Assembly (NCBI RefSeq): GCF_009914755.1
Contig: NC_060930.1
Origin: the human T2T-CHM13v2.0 reference genome, Homo sapiens
DNA: 64,000 nucleotides
Strand: one strand, 5' to 3'
Part shown: piece by piece, positions 38,843 through 51,940 of the stretch
Position numbering within the stretch: position 1 is the first letter of the stretch
How the letters are laid out: every line of letters starts with the position of its first letter
Program-made: the position numbers and the translations under genes
The notes under the pieces: model-generated
Seen by the model: only the letters and a program-made list of their open reading frames with translations
Told to the model about the DNA's origin: nothing
Databases searched by the model: none

Positions 38843-39199
38843 CACAGAATCCCACTTAATCATGTCAGATCTTTCCTTTCATTCTTTATAGGATATGATT
38901 TACTTATGTTTTGTTTAGGATTTTTGCATTTAAATTAGTGAGGTTGCTATTTTAGTATTTTTTTTTGGTGACATATTCATCATGTTTTAGTATTAAGATT
39001 GATAACTTCTTTAAAAGAATCGACAAAGTTTCAAGATTTTTCTTTATCAGAAGTGTTAAAATAGCATAGGAATAACCTGTGTTGTGAGGAAAGATTTCTG
39101 TCATAAAACTCAGCTTGGCCTCTTTGGACAACATTTTAAATTGCTTTTATCATTTTTTCTATAAAGTTCTTTCATCAATGATTCTAATTATTTTAGGTT

Positions 39200-39480
39200 T
39201 GAATTTTTAAAAATTTGTTTAATTGACAAATAATACTTGCACATATTCATGGGGGTACATAGTGATGTTTTGATACATATAATATATAGTGATCAGAACA
39301 GGGTAGTTAACATATTCATCATCTCAAACACTTATCATTTATTTGTGTTGGGAACATTCAATATCCTCCTAAGTAGCTATTTGAAACTATATATTATTTT
39401 TAACTACAGTCATCCTACAGTTGTAAAGAACACTAGAATTTATTCCTCCTACTAGCTATAATTTTGTAGCTTTTAAGAAG
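39200..39480 (-). mobile_element. L1MA3-like 3' end
   Basis: aattgacaaataat...agtgatcagaacagggta...gggaacattcaatatcctcc; TSD approx tcaatgattctaatt / tcaataattctaatt. Confidence 0.88.
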
Positions 39481-40254
39481 CCTCAATAATTCTAATTTTA
39501 ATGTTAACATAGTATTACCTATAATTTAAAGATGTCCCATGTATCTGAAGTTCTATCTTCTTTCTCATTATGTTGTGTATTAATATTATTGTTTTTGATA
39601 AACTCATAGTTCACTTTCCCAGTTGTACATTAGGGTTCCAAAGTATAAAGTTATAACTCTTGGTTTCTTCTGAATATAATTTGTTTCAAAGTCTAAATGT
39701 AGCATTTTCCTAATTGAAAATATTGCAACAACCAGAAAATAAGTTTAATGTGTAAAATGTTTTATGTCATGATTAAAAATAATAAAAGTGAGGTTTAATG
39801 ACATATGTTGATGTTTTTCGTGCTGGAAAAGACTCTAGAAATAACATTGGCTAAAGGTCTAGGCCTTATTATTATTTTTTTGGTGTGTAAGGAAACCAAA
39901 GCTTTGAATAAGTGATTTCCCCAGAATAACACACCTATTTGTTGTGGTTAATATAAAAAGAGGGCATTTTAGTTTGTTTCCAAAAGTTGGAACTGTTTTT
40001 TAAAAATTAAGCATTCATCAAAATGTTATATAGATAAAATGACGATGGCGTCAGATGCAGCATTTTAACAGATGGTTGTTTTCTGATATAGTGTTTTAGA
40101 AAAGTAACATGATGACAATCTGCATTTGCTAGAGCAGAAAGGCATTTTGCAAGATGTTAAGGCAGTTTATATTAAAGAAGACTGGAGAGCTGGGGATTCT
40201 GACCTCAGCCAAAGTTTACCACTTAAATCCCTCAAATAAGTGTTCTTTATCATT

Positions 40255-40446
40255 GCTGGGACATTTGGCAATACCTGTGGATATTTTTGGTTGTGATAAT
40301 GGTGAAGGGTGGGGGTAGAGGTGCTGGTATCTAGTGGGTAGAAGCCAGGGATACTGACAAACATTCTGCAATGCACTGGGCATCCCCCTACCAACAAAAA
40401 ATTTTCTGGCTACAAATGTCAATAGTGGTGAGATTAAGAAAACCTG
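40255..40446 (+). mobile_element. MER20 (hAT-Charlie)
   Basis: gggacatttggcaat...tctagtgggtagaagccagggat...aaatgtcaatagtg. Confidence 0.85.
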
Positions 40447-40536
40447 ACCTAAAGTGATGACTCAAATTGAGTGCCCCAGTCCTGTATTTACGGTTGCTTG
40501 CAATGACTTCAAAATAAATACTACATTGTGTTTTTA

Positions 40537-40804
40537 ATGCATCTCCCAAAGTATGTGCAAGAAAACATTAGTCCTATCAGATATTCTTTGAGAAAAGGGT
40601 CAAATATGCTTGCAAAACAATGCATATTATGTTTCTTTCTTGAATGTCTACATTAAAACTAGCATATTAAAAGCTCTGAGAAGTCCTACAGTGAGAATCT
40701 ACTTAACTTTGCTTAACCCAGCATATCCTATCTTTATTATACCATGGAACATTTTTGACATAGCCTCTATGAACATTTCTGAGAAGAGTCTTCAAGAAAT
40801 GCAG
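40537..40804 (+). mobile_element. MER103-like DNA transposon relic
   Basis: aagctctgagaagtcctacagt...taactttgcttaacccagc. Confidence 0.65.
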
Positions 40805-43800
40805 TCACTTTGCTTTAGAGTTTTCAAAGCCCTTTCACTTTGATTTCACTGGAGTCTAACAACCATTCCATAACATGTAATTCTAAAATAACCTCAGCAT
40901 TTTCTCCCAAATAATTCACCTGTCTTAATTTATCCTTTCTTCTTCATTTACTAGAGCCAATAAGAAATTTTCTGTTAATTAATATTAATTTATTATAAAA
41001 CATAATTATTTAAAAAACATATAAAATGCAAATAAGCAAAACAAAAATTTCCCCACAACTGCTCCATTGTTCATACATTCTGATATTTTTAGATTTGATT
41101 CTGCCAATATATTTGAAAATAAAATTGTACTGTGATTTCATAAACGTGGGCTTTTGTTGGTTAATATATTTAACATTTTAGAGTTTTCATTTAATATGAT
41201 TTTATTATATCATGTTATAACAGGAAATGAACATTCAAATGTCAGTTGGATAGTTAGTTGGGTATTTCATTACATGGCAACATGAAGCTTTACTTAAGGA
41301 GTCCCCACTAATGGATATTTAGTTTCCTTTTTCTTTTTTGGCTAATTTTTAGAATACTGTAATGAACAACTTTGTACATATATATTTTCACACATTATTA
41401 ATTATTTCTTTCCCTAGAAAATTCCTAGAAGTGGAATTGTATTAATAGGTGGGGAAAGATATAGAGACAGTAATGTGGTGTTGGTCGTGACAGTGCTGGT
41501 ATATCTTAAGGCTTTGGTCCTGGAAAATTGCCTACTTACACTGTACAAATTTACAGTTCCAACAGTAGTATATACAAGCATATATAAGGTCTTATACTGT
41601 ATTCTTATAGTGTTTGGATTTGCCTCTTTCTTTTCATTTTCCCTGCTATAGGTTAGGTCCAAACCCTTGATTTTTTGGCTTTCCGGTCGTCATACTGGCT
41701 GTTCTTTCCTCCACCTCTTTGCTCATATGGGCTCAGTTCAAATTATTGTTTCTCTTAGAAGTCTTCCTATATCAAAGAGCACCAAATTCCACACTTCACA
41801 GTTTGAAATGGCCTTTTGTTGTATTTAATTGCTAATGTATATATTTTAGGTTTCTGACCAGCTCATAAGCACCACTAGAGCCCAACTCTGAATACTCACT
41901 ATGTCTCAGTCACTGTGCTAGGGCCTGAGGCTGCTAGAATAAGGTAGACATGGTCCTTGCTCTTGAGCTGCGTACAGTTTGTAGAGAAAATAGAGAAGAA
42001 GCAGACTATGAAAAGCGCTATGACAGCAGTAAATAGGGTACTATCAGAGTACAGACTGGGGATTTGGAGGGCTAGGGAAGGCCTCCTGGAGGAATCCTCT
42101 GAGGGGAGTTTTAAAAGATGAAGAAAGGTCCTGAGTAGTGAAGAATGAGGAGTGAAAGAAAGTTTGTATGTAGCAGCATTGTGTGTGCATAACATGTCAG
42201 AGAAAGTTGGACAAGAACATGAAGTATATGTGGCAAAGTTGCAAGAAATAAATCTGGAGAGACAGGCAGAGAAGACAAAGCCTGATGGGGCTATAGGGGC
42301 AATGCAAAGACATATAGGCTTCATTCTGGTGATACTAGGAGTGAGGAAGGTGGGTTGGCTGAGGCAAAGGATGCTGGAGGCTATGGTTACAGTTCCTCTG
42401 CATACCCGCTGTACCAAGCATGGGGCCAGCCCCAACCTCTGTGTGTGCCTGTGTGTGTGTGTTTTCAATCATCACTTTGCAACTGATATTTAAAGGATTA
42501 TTGGATCTGTCATTTAATTTTCTTGGGCCTTTTCATCTCAATGATTATATTCACAATCATACTCTTACTAAAGGACTTAATGGGGATGAGAATGAAGCAT
42601 ATTATTTAGTGAAAATGTGTCTGAAGTCGTAGGCGAGTTTTATAGTCGTTACTCTCCTATTTGGCCTACGACTATAACTATGTTTATGATGCATTTGTGC
42701 CCTGCTACTTCTACCTCAAACTCATTTAATGAGGTTGTGATATTTAGGGCTAGTTTATTTAATCATTTGAGTTGCTTTGGGAGACTTTTTTTACTTGATT
42801 ATATACAGGAGATTGATGAATAGAGTTAGGAAGACAGGAAAAACTTTTTGCAGAGTTGTATTTTTGTCAGGATATAAAAATAATTTTTAATCTACATAGA
42901 AAAGGAAATTTTGTTTATGATATTTAATTTTTAAAAATTTAATTACAGCTTTTAATATAAAGCTTTGGATTCTGAAAACATAATAGTAATAACGATAGAA
43001 ACCATTGAATTCTTTTCCTTGCATGGGGATTTCTACTCAATTTAAGAACTCATTGTTTAACAACTAGGCTTAAAATCACTTTTATTTGCCACCTTACTCA
43101 TATTTCGATAAAATGAAAGACATTGCCACTTTATAGTGATTTTTTTTGTGCAAAGTTAAGATGCTGACAGCAACTTTTCACACTTTGCTGGCTAGCTTTA
43201 CCTAGTTACAGAATAATTTACTACACTGACAAAGAGTACTGAGTATCTAATATTATTCAGGAGAAAAAAATTATTTAAATTCAAATTGCCATATTATAAT
43301 TTACAGTGAATTGTATTGGCTGTCTTCAAAGAACCTTATTAAAAGCTTTAAGCAGGCTTGTCATCCCCATGACAAACTTCTCACTTTATGGATGAAGAAA
43401 CTGAAGTTAAGTGATTTGCTTAGAGTCAAAGGAAATGGATATATGGAACCTGGTATTGAAAAAAGGTATTTTTTCTTAGAAAAGCTGCTAGGGCCTTACT
43501 CAGACCACTGATCCAGACCTATCCCCTCTTCCTACAGTGAGAATATGCCAATGGCACAGATAGGCTGTCTAGGGGCAATCAGGCTAATTTCAAAGAACCT
43601 ATTCTTTGGTGATTGATCTCAAGACTCTTTCAAGCAACTTGATATTCTAACAAATTCTAGATGATTTGCTACTCAGTGTATTTTGTGAGATTGTGAATTG
43701 TCTCTCATGTGGCACAGAAACATTTGGGAGGCACTGGATATTATCTTAAGGTAAAGTATACTTATAAACCAGGGATTTATATCTAACATAACTATCAAAA

Positions 43801-45118
43801 AGGAAGAAAACCTATTGTTATCTACTGGCATTTAAACATTAGAGACGCTCAATGATTCATGTTTCCCTGGAAAACTAACATGGTTCATTAGCAGGAATGG
43901 ATTTTATGCCTATAAATAGACACATTAATTTATTGTTAAGTTTTAGTAGAAGATAATTTCCATTGCATGCATTTATTTTGATATTTGTACCATTTTATTT
44001 ACTTTGTATTCTCTGCCACCCCAGGACTCATGCAGAAAAATGCATTTTTATGAATATTTTGGAAATATTGTTGTATATGAAGAAAAATGGAGAAAAATGA
44101 ACCGTTTAATGCTTCAGTTACATTAATAATCATTACCAGCATAGTCTAACCTGGCAACTCTGACAGTAACAGTCTTCAGCAAGAATCTATGTCTTGGATG
44201 CAAGTCTACCTCTCATACCCCTTAATGATCCTTGCATGACTAATGCGCAGTGACATTTAAGGAGCACTCATCTAAAACCGTTCATATTCATTTTAAAAAT
44301 ATTCATCTGTGCCATATTCACCAGCAAGAAATGCAGCTGAAAAATCATTAACCCCTTCTTCATTGGTGTTCATAGAATGTTACAGGGATTTATTCTTTCA
44401 GATCACACTTTGCTAACACGACCAACACAATACCATATAGATTAAGGAGTTTGCAACATAATCAAAGACACTATTAGAAATACAATCTTTAAAATGATGA
44501 GGAGCTTTTGGGAGGCCTATAAAATGTGGATCCCAGAGTGAAAAACAGTACAATAGAAAATAGTCTGAGGAGGACATTTAAAAATGATTAGAATAGTAAC
44601 ACAGTGAAAGCCCTTAAATGAAAGCAGTCTGTGGAGCTAATTAGGCTGCTGTGTGACAGTTTATCACAGAATGATTGAAAATGTCCTCAGTGTTTGCGTG
44701 AGTTAATAGAACCACCACTAGTCTCATCATGAGAGTCTTAACGTTATTTTAAGATAGTACATTTGGAAAGATTTTGCAAGTGAAATTGTTCCATTTCACT
44801 TCATTAATTTCACTACTGGTGATTTTCTTTTTAAAATTTCCAAGTCTATGTATTAAGTAGAGTTTTTCCTATATTTTTCTCTGTCTATATGGATATAATA
44901 TGTGCATACATATCTTTATCTACATACTTCTATTTTTAGCTCTCCATTTGAGCTCTAGGATTGCAGAGGGGGAATAAGTACTCAATATAGAGCTTTATCT
45001 TCACCTCCTGGTGAAGAACTTTTCAGCATCTCTGTCAGATGTGAACAGCTTCCTTTTTCATGGGAAGGAAGCTCATTGCTTTTCAAAATAGCCCAGCAGA
45101 TTTTTTGTCAATTAATGA

Positions 45119-45550
<432 letters not shown>

Positions 45551-46848
45551 TAATTCCGCAATTTCTATCTCCTGGTTCCCAGCAAATTTTAGGGACCTAT
45601 TCAAATACTCCCTCCTTTATGTCATGTTTCTACCCAATGTACATCTCAATTTTTGAATGGTAGTACCATTATTTTAGTATATTTATTTCTTCACTCGTCC
45701 TTGATGTTCTTAATCTCAGGGCTTTGCACCATGTCTGGGGCAGTTCAGGAAATCAAGAAGCAGATGAGTGAATATTATTTTTCTGTCTGATCATGATTGT
45801 TTCTACTGCTAGCTTGTTGCGTCCAGCTGGGTCTGAATTGAACTCAACTGCTGTATGAACCTGTGACCTGCCCAAATTATACTTTGGACCAGAAACTTAT
45901 TTCCCAGTCAAGTCTCCAACAGCTTGCTCTGTCCCATTTACAGTATGATGGAATCTACGGAGAAAGTTCAAGTGCCAGCTAACCAGAGATGTTACCTTCT
46001 AGCCCCAGCTTCAGGCCCTGAAAGAGTCTGACATCCTACAGACACATATTCAGGACCAACTGACATGTTAAGGGAGGTTGATAAGCTGTCAAAAGATATT
46101 CCCATTCCTGACCATATACATTTGTGCTTATTTATACATGTTTTAAGATTATGGATCTTCAAATATCCATTTTTTATTCTCTTTAAAAATACCCTCTTTT
46201 TATAAATTAGGCTCATAGCAAGGCATATGAAATATTGGTTTGCATGTTTATAGATTTTTTTTAGACATTGAGACAATAAATAACAATGTGTCCTTCTAGT
46301 ACAGTGTCATATTTAGAAAGATATCTGCAGGAGGATGTGCTGACCAGTAACTGTAGTCAAGAAAGCAAGAATCAGGACAAATCAGAGGACAGTGAACATA
46401 ACAGAGATAAGCTACATTACTAAAAGTCTGGATATACTGTTTTTTATGATTAAAACAAAAAATAAAGACAAGTGGGTGAGAATGAGTGAAAGCAAGAGAG
46501 AATGAGCTCATGTGCTGGATGGGAAAATATAGAAGATTTATATGAAATCTCAAGCAAAGTTTTGGAATTGAGGAGAAGAGAAGATGTGGGATCAAATCTG
46601 AAAAGTAATTTAAAGTGCAATTGTTAAAACCATGAATTTAGTGCCATGAATAGAAAGAGAAAGGCGCAGCTGGGAGGGGGAAAATGAATGAGGAGGAAGT
46701 AAATTAGTCACAGATGTGAGTACTTAGGGAATTCAATACTTGTTGATTTGCTGTTTGGAATGATGGTAGATCCACAGGTTGAGCAATCAGTATTAGGGTT
46801 CAGAGTCATGGAGGAAAGAAAGAGGTGGAGAGAAAGCTTACTTTGGAA

Positions 46849-47025
46849 CAGTGGTTTTCAACTTTGGCTGCATACTGAAATAACCTGGGCAGCTCTAAAA
46901 AGTACTGATGTCTAGGTCTCACCCTCAGAGACTCTTAATTTAATTGCCTTGGTATGTTGCTAGTGAATTGAGTTTCAAAAGCTCTCCAGCTGATATTAAT
47001 GTGCAGCTAAGATTGAAAACCTCTG
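46849..47025. mobile_element. MER5A-family MITE (hAT-Charlie)
   Basis: TIRs cagtggttttcaa / ttgaaaacctctg; right flank ctctagag fits hAT target preference. Confidence 0.88.
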
Positions 47026-47599
47026 CTCTAGAGTTTAAAAAGGCCAATATTGTTTTAGGAAAACAGGTGAAGAATATTAGTTAGAATTCTTCAACTTCTC
47101 AGGGTCCAAAGTATACTTGAGTGAAGAAGTGAAAACTTGTAGAGAAGAAAACAGGTTAGGACAAGAAGTTACTTAGACTTGGGCCAGCAGGTGATATCAT
47201 TTTTACAAGGTGAAGATGAGAAGAAAGAAGAATGAAATAGTTAAAAGAAGCATAAACTGGACCTGAAGGCAGAATCATAATTCAAAGTTCAGGTAAGGTT
47301 CCTTTATTCATTCATTTCACAACTACTTCCTGAGTGTCTACTATATCCCTGGCACTGAGCTTGGTATTGTGGTTACAGCAGTAAATAATAAAATCATAGA
47401 TCTCACGGAGCCAAAATTTTAGTGAAAAAGGAGACAGGAAAAGAGAGAGGAGAGGGGAAAAGGAGAGAAGATATGCCTTGAAAGGATTATGGGTGTGGTA
47501 AATGGCACACAGAGCTAGCTGGAATCAAATAGATGAGAAGCAAACTTTTTGAAAGAGAGTTGTATATCAAAGAAATCACAGTGTGAACTAGATATGTTT

Positions 47600-48230
47600 G
47601 TGTTCCTTGGGTCCTCAAATATCTAAAGGTAGGAAGCAGGCTCAGTGCCCAAAGGGGTGGGAGGTGAGGGTTGGGAGGGCATTTTCTCCAATGACTATTT
47701 TAGAAGTGGCCATGTTGGATGATGAAAAAGAAAGATCTTCTCCAAGGGCAGAGCCAAGGTCATGACAAACAATGGACTAGGGAATCTCTCTCCAGGAGAA
47801 TTGGAGCCTAATCAAAGAACATTCTCCACCCCCAGGTAGAATTTCATAATTACAATGGAACATTGACTACTTTGGTCTTCCTCTCATTCTTTTGCTTTCT
47901 AAATGGGCATGTTTATTGCAGTTATCCTGACCCTGTTCCACTATTGTATTTTGGGTATATGTGCGGAAGTTTCTGTTTCTTTATAGTCTCCATATTAAGA
48001 GAAGCCACACTAAGATGAGAGCCCATCATATATCATCAAGAGATCCTGAACTTTGAGCTTAATACAATGCAGGTTGTCTCTCTGGAGTAGGGGTAGTTAT
48101 TGGGCCTGTGGGAAAGATGGTGAATGGAATATTTGATGACTAAAGGGGCAGACTTTGTAGTCACTAGTGCCAAATATTTCTCGTTCTTTTTCTTTCTTGG
48201 TCACTCAGATTTTACGGTTGTTGGAGCATC
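47600..48230 (+). mobile_element. MaLR (MLT1) internal 3' end plus LTR start
   Basis: ttgcagttatcctgaccctgttccactattgtat...gagatcctgaactttgagctt...aaaggggcagact purine tract. Confidence 0.55.
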
Positions 48231-48259
48231 ATCTAATCTATCTTGACTCTACTTTTTTA

Positions 48260-50300
48260 GAGACCAAGTGAGAGATAATGTTGACCAGGAATATGATAAT
48301 GGCAGTAAAAATGGAGGAAATACTCTAATTCAAGATATATGCTAGATATAAAAAAAATACAGAAATTGTTAAATGCTTGGATGTGGGAAAGAGAGGGAAG
48401 GAAGAATAAAAAATGATCACCAGGTTTTGTAGTGGTGCTGTGTACTGAGATTGGGAAGAGTGAAGGACAGGTTGAAAGGACAAAAAATACTTAGCTTTGG
48501 ACATAATAATATTGAGATGTGTGTGAAATATTTAAGTAAAGATGTTAGGTAACTGAATATGTGAGTCGGGGCTCAAAGTAGAGATTCATGCTAGTTTCTG
48601 GGAGAAACATATTAATAGTATTTTCAGTCAGAATGCACACCATCCTCGAAGAGGAGAAGGGAAGTTGGGCCAAGACTGAGCATTGAGAATTACTAATATT
48701 TATAGCTTTAGTATGGGGGCTAAGGAGCCTAGAAAGGAGAGTGACAAGGAATAACCAGAGAAGCAGGAGGAAAACTCAGAATGTAAAGTCCTGCCCTCAG
48801 TGGAAGGATGAAATTGTCAACTCTGATTAATGCTCCTGAGAGGTTAAGGACAAGAAGTGTTTGCCAGAGCAGTGGGGAGCAGGAACCAGAATGAAGGGGG
48901 AATGGGAGGTGAGAAAGTGGAGGCAGCACCAGTAATGCCTCTTGAGGAATCTGGCTCCAAAGGAGGGAACAGAAAATTCTGGGATTGAGAGAGGTTTTTG
49001 CTTGTTTTTGATCTGTGATACTGCAGCATGTTTGTATAAAGATAGAACTGATGCAGCAGAGAAGGGAAAATTGCTGATGCACAAGGGGGAGAGATTGACT
49101 AGTGAAGACCTTGAGAAGGTGAGAGATAAGGTGGGAGCTTGAGCATACATTCACATTGTAGGCTTTGATAGGAGGAAGGAAGAAGAAAAAATGGGTGTGG
49201 ATGCTGGTAGGTTTATAGGTTTAAGGTTGAGAATATAAAGTGGATCATTGAGTTTTTTATTTTCGAAGAGTAATGAGGTGAGTCTGTTATATGAGAGTGA
49301 GGTTGAAGTATGTATAAAATAGTTCTTGGTGAGTTAGGAAGTTATACTACTTGAGAAACATAGCAGGATTGCCAGCCAGTAGTGAGTATCTACTTAAGGT
49401 TGGTAGTCATGAATTTAAAGTAAAACCAGTCAGGTGGGTTTACTAATTTTTCTTTAGGAATGTTTGACTGCTTAACTAGGCAAGGATAAGCAATATTAAC
49501 CATGAGTGTGGTGGAAGGAGAAAAGAATGAGAGAATCAAGTGTATTTTCAGAGCAGCAAATACAATATTAGACCTTGAGTATATGGACTGGATAAGGAGG
49601 GCAGTGAGTCCAGGTAGGGACTGACAGAAGGTGCAGAAAGTAAAGGGGTTAATGGATTCGAGGTTTCACTGTGGCTGGTGGAATAGGTTAGTGGGTGTAC
49701 TTGAGAGACTGAATAGGAGAAATATATGTGAGTGGGAGGTTTGAAGTGAGTTTTCAGAAATGTTGCAGCTTCTGTTGATGACAAATGGGACAATGGGAGT
49801 AGGTGGCTGAGGTGGAGGGGAAGGCATTGGAGTTGAGGAGGTTGAAGAGCTGAGCAGCCGTGGTTCATCAAGTGGATGTTGATGATATTGAAAACGATGA
49901 TAGGGTGGGTCTAGAAAAAATTGTGAACAAGAGTTAAAATATTCAACAAATGGTTGTGAATGAGCAGGGATTTGTCAGATGGTTGCAACAAGTATAGTGG
50001 GGATAGAGTGACACATCTGCTTAGCAGGAGCTCAAAGGATCAGAAATTTTTGTAAGAGGGAGATATAGATAAGCAACGGGAGGCAAGAAGAGCAGCCATC
50101 ATGGCAGGGTGTGATCAACAAATGAAAGAGCTTTTCCTCAGGGGGGTTTCAGGGCAAGTAGTATCCAACAGACTCCTTTTAAAACAAGAGGCAAAGAAAT
50201 GTTCCAAGAAGAGGATAAGAAGAGCTTACTGATTCCAGACAGGAGATCCAGAGGGCACAGTGGGAGGGTTTAGGGGAAAGGGAGAGCAGAAGTGGGAGGC
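48260..50300 (-). mobile_element. Long L2 body remnant (3' end at ~47300-47440)
   Basis: Purine-rich antisense L2 text (ttggatgtgggaaagagaggg, gagcagtggggagcaggaaccaga). Confidence 0.7.
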
Positions 50301-51299
50301 TGGGTCACCTTAGGGGCTTTTTCAGCTAAGAAAGTGCATAATAATATATAACTAGGAAGAACATTTAGTGGCAAAGGAATTGGAAAAGAATCTTTTCCTG
50401 TAGTCATCTAGTATATCTGCATTCTTGTTTCACATTTGGCATCATCTTCACTTTTCTGACCCTAATTTGCTACCATCTTTCTTGTGTCCTGTCTTTTGCT
50501 ATAGAAAGAAAAGCAGTTTGCCAGTATTGGCATTTCTTACCCACACTAGATGTCACTGTTGCTTGCCTCCTAATTTCAGTCCTATGGCTTATTCAATGTG
50601 ACTGTTCAGTGGCAGTGATCTCTCCCGGCCACCCTTTGCCTTACCCACACAAAGACACACACACAAGATTTAATGAGACTGGTGCTTATAAAACCACTGA
50701 GGTGTTAAATAGCTTAGGGTTAAACAGAACTTCTTATGTATGTATTCTAAGAAGCTTATTAGTTTTTTTCTGCATTTAGGAATTAAAGGCTGAGTGAGAA
50801 CTCAGACTGGAATTCTTAACAGAAAACACATCTATTTCCTCCTGTGAAAATATGGCATTTTATACTTAAATTCAAACTTGGTTAATGAGCTGCCCCCTCA
50901 TCCTCTGTTGTTGGGAGCAGGAAGCCTGGTGTGAAATCGCACTTGGTTACCTTCATTACCTTGATGTGTGGTGAGTAAATTTCCTGTCCTGAGCCTGGTG
51001 TGGTGTTACCATATGAGGTTGTCTTCTATGGTCTGATTTAGGTGTGCAATCCTGGGTGATTTCTTAGTCCGGGGAGCGTGAGAGACCCTGCTAGCAAAGG
51101 AGAGTTCAGACTGTTATCTGGGAAACTGGCAGAGGCTACAAACAATGTATGTCCCTTGTACTGGCAGAACCAGAAGTTGCTGGGGGCTGCAGAGCATTTT
51201 CTTTCTTTCTTACTGGCAGAATCCTACTCAGGAAAGGGGAGAAACTTTCAGAAAAGGGAGTTAGGGGTGCGTGGTAGAAACCATTATCTTTTGAATCAT

Positions 51300-51940
51300 A
51301 CATTCAGTCAATTAGTCAGGTAACAAATATTTATTGAACTACCATGTGTCAAGTATTGTTTAAGGCACTGGGGACACACTGGTAAACAAACCTGAATTGG
51401 TCCTGCATGCATAGAGCTTAACTCCATTGGGGAATGGGAAAGAAATAAATATGCAGCATTTTTTTTCAGAAAACTGCTCTGCAGAAAATAAAACAGTGAT
51501 GAGATAGAAAGTACTTGGGTGGTGGTGACATCTAAGAGGGGTCCTGTCTGATAGGATACAACAAGGAAATGATCTGGGGGAAGGAGGTAAGTCATGCAGA
51601 GGGAAATCTGACTTGGAAGTCCATTTGGAGAAGTCTTCAGCTTGTTCACACAATAGGCAAGGGTAAAGGCATTCAAGATGGAAGTTGAAGTACAGAGTAT
51701 GTGGGACCTTGTGTGTCACATGGACGGGGCTTAGATTTTATTCTAAGTGCAGAGGCAGATGAATGAAAGTTTCGTGAGATGCATTGAGGTGATTTGATGT
51801 ATGCTTTTAAAAGATCACTCAGGATGATGACTAGAGAATGGGTGGGAGCCAGTGTGAAGAGCAGGGAGATCCCTTAGGAGGCATGAGCAGTGGGGCAGGG
51901 GAGAGAATGATGGGTTGCGCTAGGTTGCTGGAGGTAAAGA
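51300..51940 (-). mobile_element. L2 3' part
   Basis: aacaaatatttattgaactaccatgtgtcaag...ttttaaaagatcactc. Confidence 0.8.

Noticed and set aside
41620-41820. Strong polypyrimidine acceptor with an open frame
   Set aside because: Downstream sequence resembles decayed L2; no good donor or recognisable peptide.
41899-42493. 189-aa and 113-aa ORFs
   Set aside because: They overlap L2 relic and (TG)n sequence; no protein similarity recognised.
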